Of a stretch of DNA of 64,000 nucleotides, positions 13,229 to 26,863 are shown one piece after another (position 1 is the first letter of the stretch; the number at the start of each line of letters is the position of its first letter). The notes beneath the pieces are model-generated. The model was not told the DNA's origin, searched no databases, and worked only from the letters and a program-made list of their open reading frames with translations. This stretch comes from Yuukianura sp. NJ FZ-2021 (Eukaryota): contig CM102287.1 of NCBI GenBank assembly GCA_046563655.1, positions 6,324,001 through 6,388,000 of the forward strand. The letters are read 5' to 3'. The position numbers and the translations under genes were made by a program.

Positions 13229-13425
13229 ACTTAACATTTCCTAAATACCTTCGAATGATACGTTTGCCAATTAATTTAAAAAAAGACTCATCCTTATCGT
13301 TGAACACTTATTTTGTTATAAAATTAAATGTTGATCTTCACATACCTTTTGTACCATTTTTCGTTTTTTAAAACGGTTTATTTCTGGAGGATAAGAAAAG
13401 AGCAACTCAACATACAGTATAAATC

Positions 13426-14364
13426 CTACTGAATCTTCTTCGTAGATTTATGACCAAGTTTTGGAGCAACATATCCATTCCTACAAAAAAAAATGGGTTT
13501 ATGTAATGCATATATTCTAGTTGAGGTTGAGTTTGTTGATTTTTATGCAACTTACTTGAACCGGCGACGGACGATCTTTAGGTACTTCATACGGCCGGTA
13601 CCGGTGGTTTTACGTCGCTGAGCCTTCGTTGACCAGTTATCTGTAATTTCAAAACACGTTTTACTTGATTGACCTTTTGAAACCTGGAGGATACTAAATT
13701 GCTAAACTCTTGTTGAATCAAGGACTGTACGAATTCCGAAATGCAACCCAATATGTTGTAATTTGGAATTTGCGAAGATTTCAGAATTTAATCTTACTTT
13801 GGCAACAGGCTACCAGATTAGCTGCTCATGGAACGAGACAGTAAATCGCGATCTGTGCCCTACATTTTTGTGCATTAAGTAAGGTTAAGGGTTCACTGTG
13901 GAGCGAAAAATAAGGGCACAATGAACAATTAATATTAAAAGTAAGTAAGCTAGGCCCCCCTTTGATTGTTTGGAATTTGGATTAGTTTTCTGACATTGGT
14001 GATCACCGTCTAAAACTTGGGAATGAACTTCATCGCCGATGTCAATGAATTACCTAGCATAACACCCCAATTTTCCACCGAAATTACATACAATTTCAAA
14101 TGAATTAACTCCCTTTGACTTACAGTGCCTGAGACATTTCTTTGGGTATCCACACTGGGCACACTGGCTCTTCTGGATGTGATATGATGACCTTCCACAT
14201 CGCCGGCAGAGCGTATGAGTTTTATTATGTCGTTTTCCAAAACTCGATGTTCCCTTCGTCTGAAATCATCAGAGATTTGATTTATGAATACAAAGAATGG
14301 CAAAACACTTCCCAATAATAATTTTACATATCAATTAGAAATACTAATCAATTGACCTTACCAT
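13426..14364 (-). CDS. RpL37: 60S ribosomal protein L37 (eL37), 4 exons
   Basis: Exons 14364-14362 (ATG), 14259-14124, 13640-13556 and 13480-13426 give [62 protein letters not shown]. Not in the ORF track. Pyrimidine tract upstream at about 14444-14480. Confidence 0.97.
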
Positions 14365-14927
14365 TTTGACAATTAATCGTCGACCTCTCCACTTGGCTTA
14401 TGATTTTCACCTTTGCTTATCCAAGATGACTGTGTGCCGCATGGAAGAAGGAGTGGGAGAGGGTGGGCAACAGAGAGAGCAGCGAGCGGCCTCTGAGAAT
14501 CATACAAATTCTCACAGAAAAACGGCAGCGTTGCAACACAGTTTAGCGTTACGCTCGTACATTGCGACGTTGCCATTTGACATTAAAATTCAAAGGGAAC
14601 GCTATTTGACCATCCTTATGAGCACGAAATTACAATTCTACTTAAATTACTAAATTATAATCGATTAATTCATATTTTAACGCAAATAGTTTATAAATTA
14701 TCTGTAATAAAAGGTAGTTGAATTGTCAGTTATTGCAAAATATGAAGATATGGTCAGTTTATTCTCAATTTTAGTTTCAAACAAAAAATTGTTGTCATTT
14801 TCATTTGAATGCAAAATCCAAGTTAAAATCGTAAAAATGTAACAAAAATGAGCAGAAAATTAACATAGACGAAGTGACAGATTGATTAACTTAAAAAAAA
14901 TTAAAAACACTTAAACTAATGAATAGT

Positions 14928-17721
14928 TTACATAATTTGCTCAGTCACTTTGGAGTAAGTAGTGAAAGCACTGTGCGGATAGCTGCAAAAGTTAACAATA
15001 GCTGGTTGGTAGTATGCATCTTTTTCACAGGACGGATAGTAGATGACATGCGTGGATCCTCGAATCGCGCCTGGTAAGTTTGCGTAGTAGTTTGCATCTT
15101 TTTTGACTGTGGCTTGTGCTTTTGCTGAAGTTGCTGCAACTGCTGCCGCAGCATTTTGTCTGCCAAAGTTGAGCCAAGGCAGTGGAAACCATGACGGCCA
15201 GTTAGTAGATGCAAACGCAGGAGGACTAGAGCCAAGGGAACTGGGTGCAATAGTTGCGTATTGCGTCGGCGTTGGGCTACAATTGGCTGGACAGGCTTGG
15301 ACACTTGGGTTAACTGTGGACAGATTATAAAAATTAAAATTTGAATTTTCTTTATACATAATATTTATAAAATCATGTACCGTTGGACTGCGTCGTATAA
15401 GTTGTCACAGTATTGGTAGTGACTGGAATCGATCCTGGCTGAGGAGCTGGTGCTACTCCTGGATAACCATTTGAAAACGTAACCTGCTCAAATCCAATGT
15501 TGTTTTGAAGTGGTTGGACCTGGAACGCTGGCTGTGACTGTGACTGTGACATCTCTACAGAATTACAATTTGTGTTAAATCATTTGACAAAAAGAAACGG
15601 AAACTGAAGATTTTAAATTTTTTATGCAAAAATATACCTGTGTTAGAATTTGAAACGGACTGAACTTCCGTTGTCGCAAAGTTAGTCATCGCTCCATGGG
15701 CTGCAGAGGTCACTGACGGTGTAGTAGGACGGTGTAGTGGATGGGTAGGTGTAGGTACCAGTTCCTGTTCTGGAGCTAGCAGGATTTGTGGTTTTGCTTG
15801 GTTATGAACAGCATCCATGGAAATGGAATCTTGGAACGTGATTGGCGTATGCTGAGCAACAATTTCAGGAACTGCTGGTTGAGTATTGTCCACCGTTATG
15901 GTGTTGCTGGCTGCTGCGAATGTAGTTTGTGCTTGAACAGGCTCCTGAAGTCCATCGACCGAAATAGTATGAGTTTGGTGTGAGCTTGTGGCTGATGAGT
16001 TTTCAGTGACAATCGGTTTGGTTTGATCCGCTTCGGCGTTAGTAGTTGAAGTCGTCAAAGTATGAACTACCGTAGGCATGGGAAAGGCAATATTCTGTTC
16101 AGTGTCGAGGGCTGTCGTATCGGCTTGGACAACCGACAGTGGAACAGGATTGACTTCCGGTGCCGCAAGAATTTCTGTTGCCGACGTTTCTGTATTGACA
16201 GTTGATTCGGGAATTGTTTCGGAAAGAATTGAATTTGCCGCTTTAATTTCTGCAGCGTCCAATGAAACGGCTTGGTTTAGCTCCAGTGCTGGTGATGAAT
16301 TTTCCAAAACATCATTCTTCTGGGAAGAATCCATAGATGAATGTGTCATGGAAGAGGAAGCAGTTTGTACCTGGGACTGTTGGGTTGAATGATGAATTTC
16401 AGAGGTGGAGGAAGATGTTGACGCTGCTTGAGATTCTGAGGATACCTCTGGAACCACTCCAGAAGCCGCTGCATTATTCTTTGCTGTAGCTGCGCTAAAC
16501 GTTGAAGTCGAAATGTCTTGAGATGTGAATGGTGGTACCTCTGGGGTCAACGCGCTTTTCGCTGCTGTTGTCTGTGTATTAGAATTTGATGCAAAAACGG
16601 TTTGAAATACAATTGGATTGGTAAGTGATGGATTTTCGACGACGGTATGCTTGTTGGACGTAACGGTGGAAGCCATAGATTCGGACGCAGATTGATGTAC
16701 TTGCGCCTGTGGTGGACTGGTATGGTGGTAACTATAACTGGAGGAAGAGGCTGATTCTGTATGAGTTCCGAGTCCATTCGGAAACATTCCGGAAGCTCCT
16801 GCTTTATTTCCTACTGAAGCTGCGTTGACTGCTGAAGTCGAAGTGCTTTGAAATACGAGTGGTTCCAAAATGGCTCCAATATCTGCAGCGTCTACAGAAA
16901 TGTCTGCAGTTTGGAGTGACGCTACTGGCAGAGGAATTTTGGAATCAGCGGATTGGACTTGTTGTGTTACCGTTGAAACAGTAGCAGCTTTCTGGGTAGA
17001 ATGGCTTACAACAGTTTCGGTATTAATCACTGCTGACTCTGCAAAAAAAAATCCTTTTTATACACTACCAGTACCAATGTAGTTTTGTTAACTATTAACT
17101 AAACGTTTACTTACTGTGCAATGCAGTAGCCTGGCTGGAAGCTTCCTGTCCAACTCCACCCGCGGCCGCGGCGGCATCAAGATATGACACGGATGACAGT
17201 TTCTGTGGAATTCCAGCGGAGAGTAGTCCCGATGCAATTGTTTGAGCCATGCCGTTCATATTAGTCGCCAGATTCCAGTTACTAGCCGAAAGATGTCCTT
17301 GCATACCAGTAGCGGGAATGCTCGGAATTTGCTCGGACGTGATTGGTCCAACAATCCTTCCGCATCGGGGTGCATTACATTGAATCGGAAAGCAAATTTC
17401 ATCGAAACGTACCAATTGACGCTTGTGTGGATGATGCATTACTCCGTCAGTCGTAAATGGGAAGATGATTGGAATTGGTGACCCCGGTTCAACGTTTTTC
17501 ATCGTTCCAGTGGCATCTATGACGTAGAAAATCTGGTGCGTCTCTTTTGAATCTGGAAATAGCGTTCCCCGGCAGCCTGTTCGGATTTTCTGAACCGTCT
17601 GACTTTCGTAGGTATAAGTAACTGGAATTCGTGGATACTCGCCAGAGTCTTCGGATATTCCAAATGGCAACAGGAACCAAAACGTTAAAATCAACTGGAG
17701 AATAATGTGAGACGCCATCAT
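14928..17721 (-). CDS. Secreted Ser/Thr/Ala-rich mucin-like protein with Cys-containing N- and C-terminal regions, about 4 exons
   Basis: Signal peptide MMASHIILQLILTFWFLLPFGIS. ORFs 17107-17856, 15555-17030 and 14928-15359 plus a small exon near 15555-15380 can be joined through GT-AG introns. Long low-complexity S/T/A middle. Confidence 0.75.
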
Positions 17722-18340
17722 TGGATGGGCTTTGTCAAGTAACGCTATGTCGGACTTTTCTTGCTTGTTTCTGCAGTGCCAACCAAGGAGAGAATGAAAC
17801 CAGAGACAGCTTTTCTGGATTTTTGAACTTCCAAGTTCAAGTTTAAAATGAGCCAAAAATAGTCAAAAACCGTTGTTTTAAAATCGGATTAGGTTTTTCT
17901 AGAAAGAAGACAAAGGAAACAGAACTTTAAACCTTTCCAAGTAACAAATCCTGAAAAAAAATCAATTTCCCCAAGCAAAAACTAACTGTCATACCTGAGT
18001 TCTAAAAATATGGAAGCAATGACCTGTGTTGCTTTTGTCTTTTTCATCGAAGCAACAACAACGAAGCAACAATACGTTTTAATAAAAATTTTGAAATTTA
18101 TGTTCGAAACGTTCGCGTTTAGAAAAAGGTTAACACGCTCAAATAACATAGTAAAAGCTTAAAAACAAAAAACTTGTTGCGTTTGTAAACCTTTGTGTTT
18201 TCGATGTCGCAATTTACATTTTTGTCTTTATTCATGAAGAGGTTCAAGTGCGAGATACATAATTAAAAAATTTAATTTCCATAATTCTTATGACATGGAT
18301 TTTATGATCGTCATGAGTTGCATGACGAACTTCTGCCTAG

Positions 18341-19161
18341 TCAGTATCCTCCACAGTCTCCACGTCCATTAAGGCAGCACTGGAGAGATGAGCAGTTGGC
18401 TGGACAATGCATGCCAGGGTCACACGAAAACGAGTAGCCAGTACACCGCCACAGTGGTTTGTAGACGCACTTGCAAGCATATCCTTCTGGTGGGGCATGG
18501 GAGATCATGCAGCCACCGGAATGGTAGTCGCAGTCACAGTGTGGGTTGGCTATACAATAATAAAAATCAATCAGAATAATCTTAGTTGATTAATTATTCT
18601 CATTGAAGAATTAGTTCTTGACCAAAATAGCAAAAACTTAATCCTTAAACATTGTGTGACACAAAGATTATGACATTACCACGCCCTTCAACTGGAGTAT
18701 GGACAGCAATTTTGGAGACGAGTGACAATCCCTTGGGTTCAAACTTGATACGATTATTGCGCAGGACTCTTTCGAAAACTTGAACTTTCGATTGCTCGAT
18801 CAAAACGTATGCAGTTTCTCCTTGGGCAACAGGCTGAATGAATAGAGGAGGATGATTTTCCTGTAAAATCAAAATTTGGTTCAAAAATGAATTTTTCACG
18901 CAATTTCCGTTTCAAGTATTCTGATTTCCAAAATCCATTCAAAATAACAGCGTTCAATGTTAAATAAATTACGTAGGCATCGTTTCCTTTGATCAAAATT
19001 TCGACATCCTTCGCCTGCTTCGGTCTGACTTTGTAAAAGTAGAAGCGTCCACTTTGCTCATTCTTTCCAGTCTTTGGTGCGGCTGGAGTCGGAGTTGGAG
19101 GAACAGCGGATGCTGCGGCCACGCCCAACAATAAAACTGCCAGCAATGCAAAGGCGTTCAT
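18341..19161 (-). CDS. Secreted protein: carboxypeptidase-propeptide-like region plus 12-Cys C-terminal domain, 3 exons
   Basis: Exons 19161-18973, 18860-18680 and 18549-18341 join in frame (phases 0 and 1). The last exon encodes NPHCDCDYHSGGCMISHAPPEGYACKCVYKPLWRCTGYSFSCDPGMHCPANCSSLQCCLNGRGDCGGY*. TATAAAT upstream at about 19290. Confidence 0.85.
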
Positions 19162-20140
19162 TTTGAATTGCTCTGCAGCAAAAGATTCCCGTTTTTCACA
19201 AAGTTACTTTACCAGAAATTAGTTTTGAAATATTTTCGAGACCAGAAAATTTTTTGAAAGCACAAAATCCCAGTCAAAAGTTAGTCATATTTATAGGTTT
19301 GATGATTGCAACATGTGCATGTAGATTTTCGCAAAGAAGGAAAAGCATAGCGGAACACTTGATTAAAGATTTTGCAAATTCAACTGCAAGCCAAAGATCA
19401 GGACAACTCCTGAATCGACAAATCCTATTTTATCTAAATCTTAAACCATTTTATAGCTGTGGTTTTCAAATGAAAATGCTGAAGTTTACAAAATAGAATG
19501 TTAAACGAGTACATAGATTAGCAATAAGGAGTAACACACGTCTTCATTTCAATAAAGTGTTAACGCCATACAAATTCTTTTCGAGTTTTTCCAAATTAGC
19601 AGAATTTAATCTACAGGAACTTTTCCTGAGTGGCGTTTTGGTTTTTCATCTACATTTTGAATGGTAACAAATTTTTTTTTATTGCAATTTCAGTAACTCA
19701 TTCAAACCAGCAAGTTATAACTACTGGACGCACGTTTTTCAATCAGCACTTATTCAATATTCTCTGGAGTATGAATTTCGTTTAAAAAAAATACATTGCG
19801 GACGAATGCAGCAGAACCAGAATCTAGAGTTAAATTATATTTTGTCGCAACTCTAATTATTAAGTTCATTCACCCTCAAACTTCAAAAAAAAAATTTAAT
19901 ACTTGCCTATTTCGTAAATTGAGACTTCATCCTGATTATATCTGATCAGCCTGAACATTGCGATTCAGTCAGAAACTAACTGTAAATGTAAAATCGAAAA
20001 TAATTGCGAAAGTGTAATTTTTACTTTTATAACAATTACGAAGCTTCTAATAGTAAATACGTTCACACCAATGTTTACACGGCGTTTTTAGAAATGTAAT
20101 TTTGGATTTGCGAATCTCTTGTTGGTTTATCAAGTAGAAG

Positions 20141-22327
20141 TTACAAGTCCTGCAGATCACAGTAGAAGTGTGGTAGTCGCAAACCGTGTGAATATCGCAT
20201 GGCTTCTTCCACAGTTAGCTTGATCCAGGGGCAACGCCGAGCAGACAGGAAACGAAGTTTTGGAAGAATCGGCAGTTTTGGTCCCCTACGGTTCCGGAAT
20301 ATTTTGAAGGAGGTTCTTCTAACAGAGAGTTCTTTCAATGCGTTAACACTGAGCTGCAAGCGTTTCAGAAAAATTTTAGGTTCAGTTACATGTAACTGTA
20401 ACCTACATTCAAAAATTAGTCACGACAGATCACATGATCACTGTAAACTCACCAGTGTTTCATCCATATACAGAGCCTCGAGCGATCGAATCTTAATGAT
20501 GCACTTCAGAAAAACATCGTCACCAACGCTCATTCGAGACAAGTTCAACATCACAAGATCTGTTTTAACAAAATCCAAATGTTATAAAAGTTAAATCAAG
20601 CAAACTTATTAGTACAAATGTTCAAACGCAGAAACTTTTTTTATGGTTGGCTTACGTGTTAGAGCTTTTAGGGTTAGGCTTTTTCCAGCAGTAACAAACT
20701 GTTCTTGCGGTTGAAAATCTGAATCCGTAAATGCGGAATCCGTAATTTCCAGTTTCTCCAATGTGTTCAGTTGCATCATCGATGCAATAAAGTTATTCCT
20801 CATCACAAAATTCGACTGTGCTTGATTCCGTCCTAGGTCCATTATAACAAAAGTTTTTAGATTTTCTAAACATTGTTGCGAAAACAAGTTGAGCAGGATA
20901 TGAACATCAGTGTAACGGAAAACAAGCGTAGTAAGACGAAAAGTTTCAGATTTGAGCAGAGGTATCCACTGGATACAACTTCGTTTCTGCGTATCCTGAA
21001 GTCGTAAATCTTTCAATCCGCTCAATTTGGCCAACGGGTGACCTCCATCTGAATCTTGTGTAGCAAAACCAACGAAATGAACGTCTTCAAAATGAAGTTG
21101 CCAGAGTTTGTTGAAATCAGCGATAGTTCCAATACAACCCACATGGATTGTCATGTTGAAAAAATGGAGTGACTCTAGCGTTTCCGCTTGCTTTTTCAAA
21201 AATCCATCGAGTCCATTGTACGATTCCAGTTTGAAATTACCCAATCGAAGTGACTGAAGTTTGACCTTTGATAATTCCACGACCAACTTTCCACCAAGTT
21301 CACATTTTCCTACAATTGAAATGCTGCGCAGTGTGTTTCTGTTTCTGGTGATAACTGGAACGATGGAATCAATTGGAAAATCACCAAATGATGAGCGCAG
21401 GTCAAGTGACACAAGTTGTCTCATGTTGCCCATCCAAAAGTTGATGGTGGAAGTATTCAAGATGGATTTAGCACGTCGAGTATCGATGACTGTGAAATCT
21501 AAAATAAAGGTTGAATAGCATTATAAAACCAAGCAATGGAAAAAGAAGTAAAGATGAATTTACGTTTGATTTGACTCAGACGCCTTTGAAATGCTGGGAA
21601 GAAGGAGCGCCAATTTATGATTTCCGGTCCAGCTTCAAAAATTGCTGGACATGAGATGATTTTTAGCTGGTCTAAATGGTGGCAGAATGGAATTAGTTCA
21701 ATGAAGCGTCCCATTCCGCAGTAACAGTCAGTAAGTTCCAGGGATTTCAAGGACTTCAAACATATCTGAGTAGTGAATTTCTGGAAGAGATCTTCTTGTC
21801 CCAGCAAATCCTGTTCCAAGTTGACCTGCGTAAACTTGACATGGTTCCAGGGAAAATCACTTTCAAGGAGGACTCGAATCGGATTGGGACGAGGTTCAGC
21901 AGGTTTGATGGATTTGTATCTCGGATGTTTTCCTGCCACATGAAAAACCCTGCTGTTTGTCACTTTCGGGTAGTTTTGAACCACTTCGCAGAATTGCTTT
22001 GATACACGACGGTATCTCATCAGATCACGCTCGCTGAGGAGAAAACAAGTCGAAATGTTATAAGTAAACTTATGTTATGTTGAAAATATTAATACATTTT
22101 TTAAGGCAAATTAATAGCAAATTTTTTAAGGCGATGGCTAACCTAATATATGTTTTGACAAGATCAATGATGATCCTTGTATCGACGGAGTTTGTTGGGC
22201 TGACGAATGACGCTACTGAAGCAGTCTTACTTTGATCAGTTCTGGTTTCGACGCATTGCGGCGATTCGAGTATTTTCCTGTAATTTTCAGAGGTTGAACG
22301 ATCCAAACTTTGTGATCGCCAATCCAT
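20141..22327 (-). CDS. F-box/leucine-rich repeat protein, multi-exon
   Basis: F-box-like segment (IIIDLVKTYI..ERDLMRYRRVSKQFCEVV), repeated LxxLxL motifs (LKSLELTDC, LVSLDLRS, LEKLEITDS) and C-terminal LPKLRFLSARRCPWI. Confidence 0.75.
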
Positions 22328-22786
22328 AGTAAATCTGACGCTGGAACAAAGTTGAAAGTGTTTCACGAAACTAAACAAACTATGTGCTGTGAAATATTTC
22401 AAACGTACAGTAGAGTGACTTTTTAGAACTTGCTCATCGCAGCTCTGCTGCGCTGCTTGCTGCTGTTTCTACTCTTGTTGTAGTGCATCGCATTTGCAAT
22501 TATTCGAGTATTCGCAACAAACAAGGTTTGAATAGGTTCACTCATACTTATGGCAACAGCTTTTTAAAAAAAAAATTGCCCAAAGTGATTCAAAACTGAC
22601 CTTTTCAGATAGCACATTAGCTCTGAAATTCAGTTTATTGGTGTTACTTAATTTATGGCATAAGATGAACTGCATGGATTTTTGTCATTTCTGAATAATT
22701 CAAAATACGTAATCATTAACCACTCTCAATTACAATTAACATATTAATGTTAAATTCAGAAAAATCTCGCTCAGTACTGAAGTGAG

Positions 22787-23919
22787 TTAGCAGAATGTCC
22801 AGCATTCCAAGTTTTTAATAATAAAATCAGACTCTGGAATTAGCGGTGGATTTCCATACGTGAGGCAACTGTCGGTTCGACCTTTGTTCAAATCGCTGTC
22901 AAACCAAAGTCCAGCTCCCCCGCTAAGCAAACCAAAATTCAATTAGTTTCTTTTTGGTGTTTTGCATAATAAAATGAAATCACTGTATTTTCTTACAGTC
23001 CAGATCCAAATGCCAAAAAGTCTTCTTGTGCCTGAACAAAATAGAAATTGTCTCCGTGCCATTTATAGATGTGGAATTCTGGAAAGCAGGTGAACAGGAA
23101 GCATTCACCTGGAAATGAACTCGCATTTAATCTTAAGTCAAACCTTAGTTAATTACTACTGAAGTAAGGTATGGGTAATGGTTACTTAACATATGGATCG
23201 GCTGGATTTAGTAGTTGCTGCAAAAACTTACTTGTTCCAAAGTATTTTTCCGAGATTCGTAAGGTTGTGGACGATAGGGCACCAAATACCCGCCCATTCA
23301 GGTCTTCAATGATGAGGAGGACAGGCGAATCGCATTTATGTAACTTCCGGTACAAATTGTGAAGAGAATACCCGTCTCGGGATGAACAGAATTGAAGTCG
23401 CCAGGGACAGCCAATGGCTCTAGCTGGAAGTTGTTCACCGACATGCTGAATGTCTGCCAACTTAATGATCGACGACTCACCCAATAGCTCTTGCAAAATT
23501 ATTTCTGTGGGTGGTGCCTCTGAGGCCTTCCTATTCTGACCTTTGACCTGCAAAAACATTTCCATAAAATGAAACTCAAAAAAGTATTTTGAAACTGTCA
23601 CCTCACCTTCTTGTGTCTCAGTTTCTGAAGAAATGGGAAGCAAGTCACGAGTGTACGACGGCTACGACATTGATGATGCGGAGATTCGTTTTCCATATTA
23701 CTACTGCTTTTTGACGTCACTGATGGCGTCAAGCTCAGCCTCACATAATTCTTGGCTTCAATTGCAAACTAAAATTCAAAATTGAAACAAAATGAAAATT
23801 TCTTCTGTTTTTAAAAACCAGCATTTTGAAAATCTTACTTTTGCACTTTTGATTGTGTAAACTGAATTTGGTGAAGGATCAAGTTCGTATGAAACGCAGT
23901 CACAGTTGTAGTCCTTCAT
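22787..23919 (-). CDS. TLDc-domain protein (OXR1/NCOA7-like), short TLDc-only form
   Basis: LPARAIGCPWRLQFCSSRDGYSLHNLYRKL, VFGALSS, YFGT/GECFLF, WHGDNFYF, GLWFDSDLNKGRTDSCLTYGNPPL, FIIKNLECWTFC*. The 5' exons (from ATG 23919) join in phase 0 but are less certain. Confidence 0.88.
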
Positions 23920-25876
23920 CCTTCAGAAATCCCCAGAAGAAGCGATCCGCAGAGATTCACGTGAACTGCTTCAAGCCCTGGTTAAAAATGGAGTAATTTT
24001 CTGAAGACATTTCGGCTAACAACACAAAGCTAAATCTCAAGCAACGACGTCTAGTGCTAAAGTCCATAGTAATTAAGCCACTTGTAGACCTGCGTGTTTA
24101 GCTTCAGTTTTAGTCAGGTTTAAACTAATTTGAGTAGCATAATTCAGAACGTCAGAAAATAGTGGATTTTGGGTTGGCAAAAATCAAAATTTCCAAAAAT
24201 CCGGTTTCATAGTTGTATTCAAGGTTGTGTGATGTATTAAGGATCAAATGAAGTTAAACTTTACTTTAGGTCGTAACATAATTAATTAACTATTATCAAA
24301 AAATACATGACGCGACGTTACAACTTACAACTAGACTAACATTATTCTGAAGTCATTTTCAGTTGCAAATATATAGTAATTGGAGTTAAAATTAACGCAA
24401 ACGTCAGATTATCTTACCTTCGTTATACAATAATTAGCAAAATGAAGTGCATAATTTCGCCAGTGTGAAATCGTTCCATTATATTCGCGTGACACGGATA
24501 ATTTTTTAGCTTTCTGCATTTGGATTCTGCAGCGGTTTCAATGGAAAAACTTAAAATGTAATTACGTTACCTTAACCTGTACCTTCACCAATTGATGGGG
24601 CATCCATTATAGCTGCCAATGAAATACGAATTCAAGGGGTTTGCTAAATGCTCAATTAGGTTGACTAAACCCTAGGTTAACGAAGAGGTTAAATTTATTT
24701 AGCATTTTAGTTTTCTTACGTGTTGTGGACCAAAAATAGTTTTTTTCTGTTCTGTTCTTTCAATTTACTAAATTGTACAAGTTATTTGCAGAGTATATAC
24801 TAAAGTTTTCAACCTTGATTATTGTTTTAACTGAAAGAACAATGGAAATGTTTCTGGCATGATCACTGCTAGAAAGAACAACAAACCAAAAGTTCTAGAA
24901 AAAAGCATAAAGAAATATTAAGAAGCATTTGTTTTACAAAAGCTCTGCTCACCTTCAAAAAGTGGTATTAAATTGTAATTAACCGATTCTCACTAATTGC
25001 TATTTGATTTGTTCTCAAATTTTGAAGCATTACGGCATCGCCCGGCTTCCGGACTCTACATATTGGGAAGCAAGGTAGCGTTTTGCCTGATTTGAACTTA
25101 TTTTCTTTTATAGTGGCTCAAGGTTATGGTTTTTGCAGGATTGTTGCCAATTCAAAATGGAATTGCTGTCTGTTTGAGCACTAGAGCATAGAAAACTGGT
25201 AATAATTTTCCTGTCTCAATGACCTTTAAAGTAATGATTTATAGCAATGAATATTAAAGTCTTCTTGACCCTGAAACGGCAAAAAGAAAAGTTATTGCCG
25301 TCCTACAGCACCTTAAATAAATTCAAATCAGATTCAAAGCCAACATGCCAAAATTTAATTGCAAATGACTGCACAAAAATTAATTTTAGCTTTTTCAACA
25401 TTGTTTTGCGGTAAGAAATGGAATTTCTCGATAAGTGATTTGCCGATTTGTGCAAATCGAGGAAGTGGCGAATGAGCAGTTTGGTAAAAATCCGTTCCTA
25501 AACGGAAGTCCAGCATCTAAAGAAGTGTTTGCTACTTATAATTGTAGTGATTTTTTATATGACTTAATCAATGTAAACATGATGAGAAACAAGGTAACAA
25601 GGAAAAATTACTTCCCAAAGACACACCTCCAAGGAAGCCCCTCACTCAGTATTCCTTTTGCAATTTTGAAGATGACGAAGCAAACAAAAGTTTAGGAAAA
25701 ATGGACATGAAGAGCAAGTAGGAAGTGGAAATCCATGAAGTGTTGGCCACTCAGGGTAAGCCAGGGGTCACACTTTAGCATTGTGTGAAGCTTTTTATCA
25801 TAACGTTTTTTGGTAATGTAAATCTCAATTACAATTGATTTTTAACTTCACTAGGAAGAATCTGAGTCTGGTGAGG

Positions 25877-25915
25877 TATAAAAGCACTGATTTCCAGCAG
25901 TCATCTTCATCAGTT
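25877..25915 (+). promoter_or_regulatory. TATA box and arthropod initiator of the AAP-repeat cuticle gene
   Basis: TATAAAA at 25877-25883 and TCAGTT at 25910-25915; same arrangement at 31301 in copy 2. Confidence 0.75.
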
Positions 25916-25982
25916 ACTCAAGCATTTTTCAGCTTTAGTACTAAATTTCATCAAATCCAAAAAAAAACTCCAAAACTCCAAA

Positions 25983-26499
25983 ATGAACACTGTAAGCGAA
26001 CTGAAAAGAAAAACATTCCGTTTTTGAAACTTTTCAAAATTTTGACAAATTTTTTGAACTGTTCCAGGGACTCATTGTCTTGGCTCTTGCTGCTTTCGTT
26101 GCCTCAGGAAATGCTGGCAACTTGGGATTGGTCCGAACTGTAGGAGTTGCCCCAGTTGCACCGGTTGTCGCCGCTGCTCCAGTAGCCTACAGCCATGTAA
26201 GGAGCCTCCGGTTTCCAAATTTTCAAAAACTAATCTTCAAAACTGAATTTCGAAAAAATTGTGTTTCGATTTAGGTGTACAGCCACGCTCCAGCTCCAGC
26301 TGCCGTCATTAAGACCCACACCTATGCAGCACCAGCAGTTTACGCTGCTCCAGCCGTTGTAGCAGCTCCAGCCATCGTCCGAGCTGCTCCAGCCGTCGTA
26401 GCAGCTCCAGCCATTGTCCGAGCTGCTCCAGCCGTTTTGGCCCCAGCTCCAATCGTAAAAGCCGCTCCAGCGCTCGCCGCCCATCCAGTTTTGATCTAA
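25983..26499 (+). CDS. AAP(A/V)-repeat low-complexity cuticular protein, copy 1 (120 aa)
   Basis: Exons 25983-25991, 26068-26196 and 26275-26499; signal peptide MNTGLIVLALAAFVASGNA; tandem AAPAV/AAPAIVR motifs typical of arthropod cuticle proteins. Confidence 0.88.
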
Positions 26500-26863
26500 A
26501 AATGTCAATCGTGTCTTCGAATCGCCTACACACTAAAATGATGTAAACGTTAGTTGGAAATGTCAATCAATTGGCAATAATTGGCAAACTTCGACAACAA
26601 ATTGTATCAAAATATCTGTGATTTCTCCTACCAATGTTTGTATTTAATTTCAACATTGAATTTTTTAATATAAAGAAATTCCTATGTAATCCTAATCACA
26701 GTCTTTCCCTGCTGAATATTATCACTGATTTGATTGCTTTGCGACGGTTCCTCTACTCGGTGATCCAGAAGTTCGTATAAGAATTGTTTTAGCTTATTCA
26801 GTGAATGAGATTGGTTTCTAACAGTTTCATTGGTTTTTAACAGGTATTGGTATTAGTTTCACC

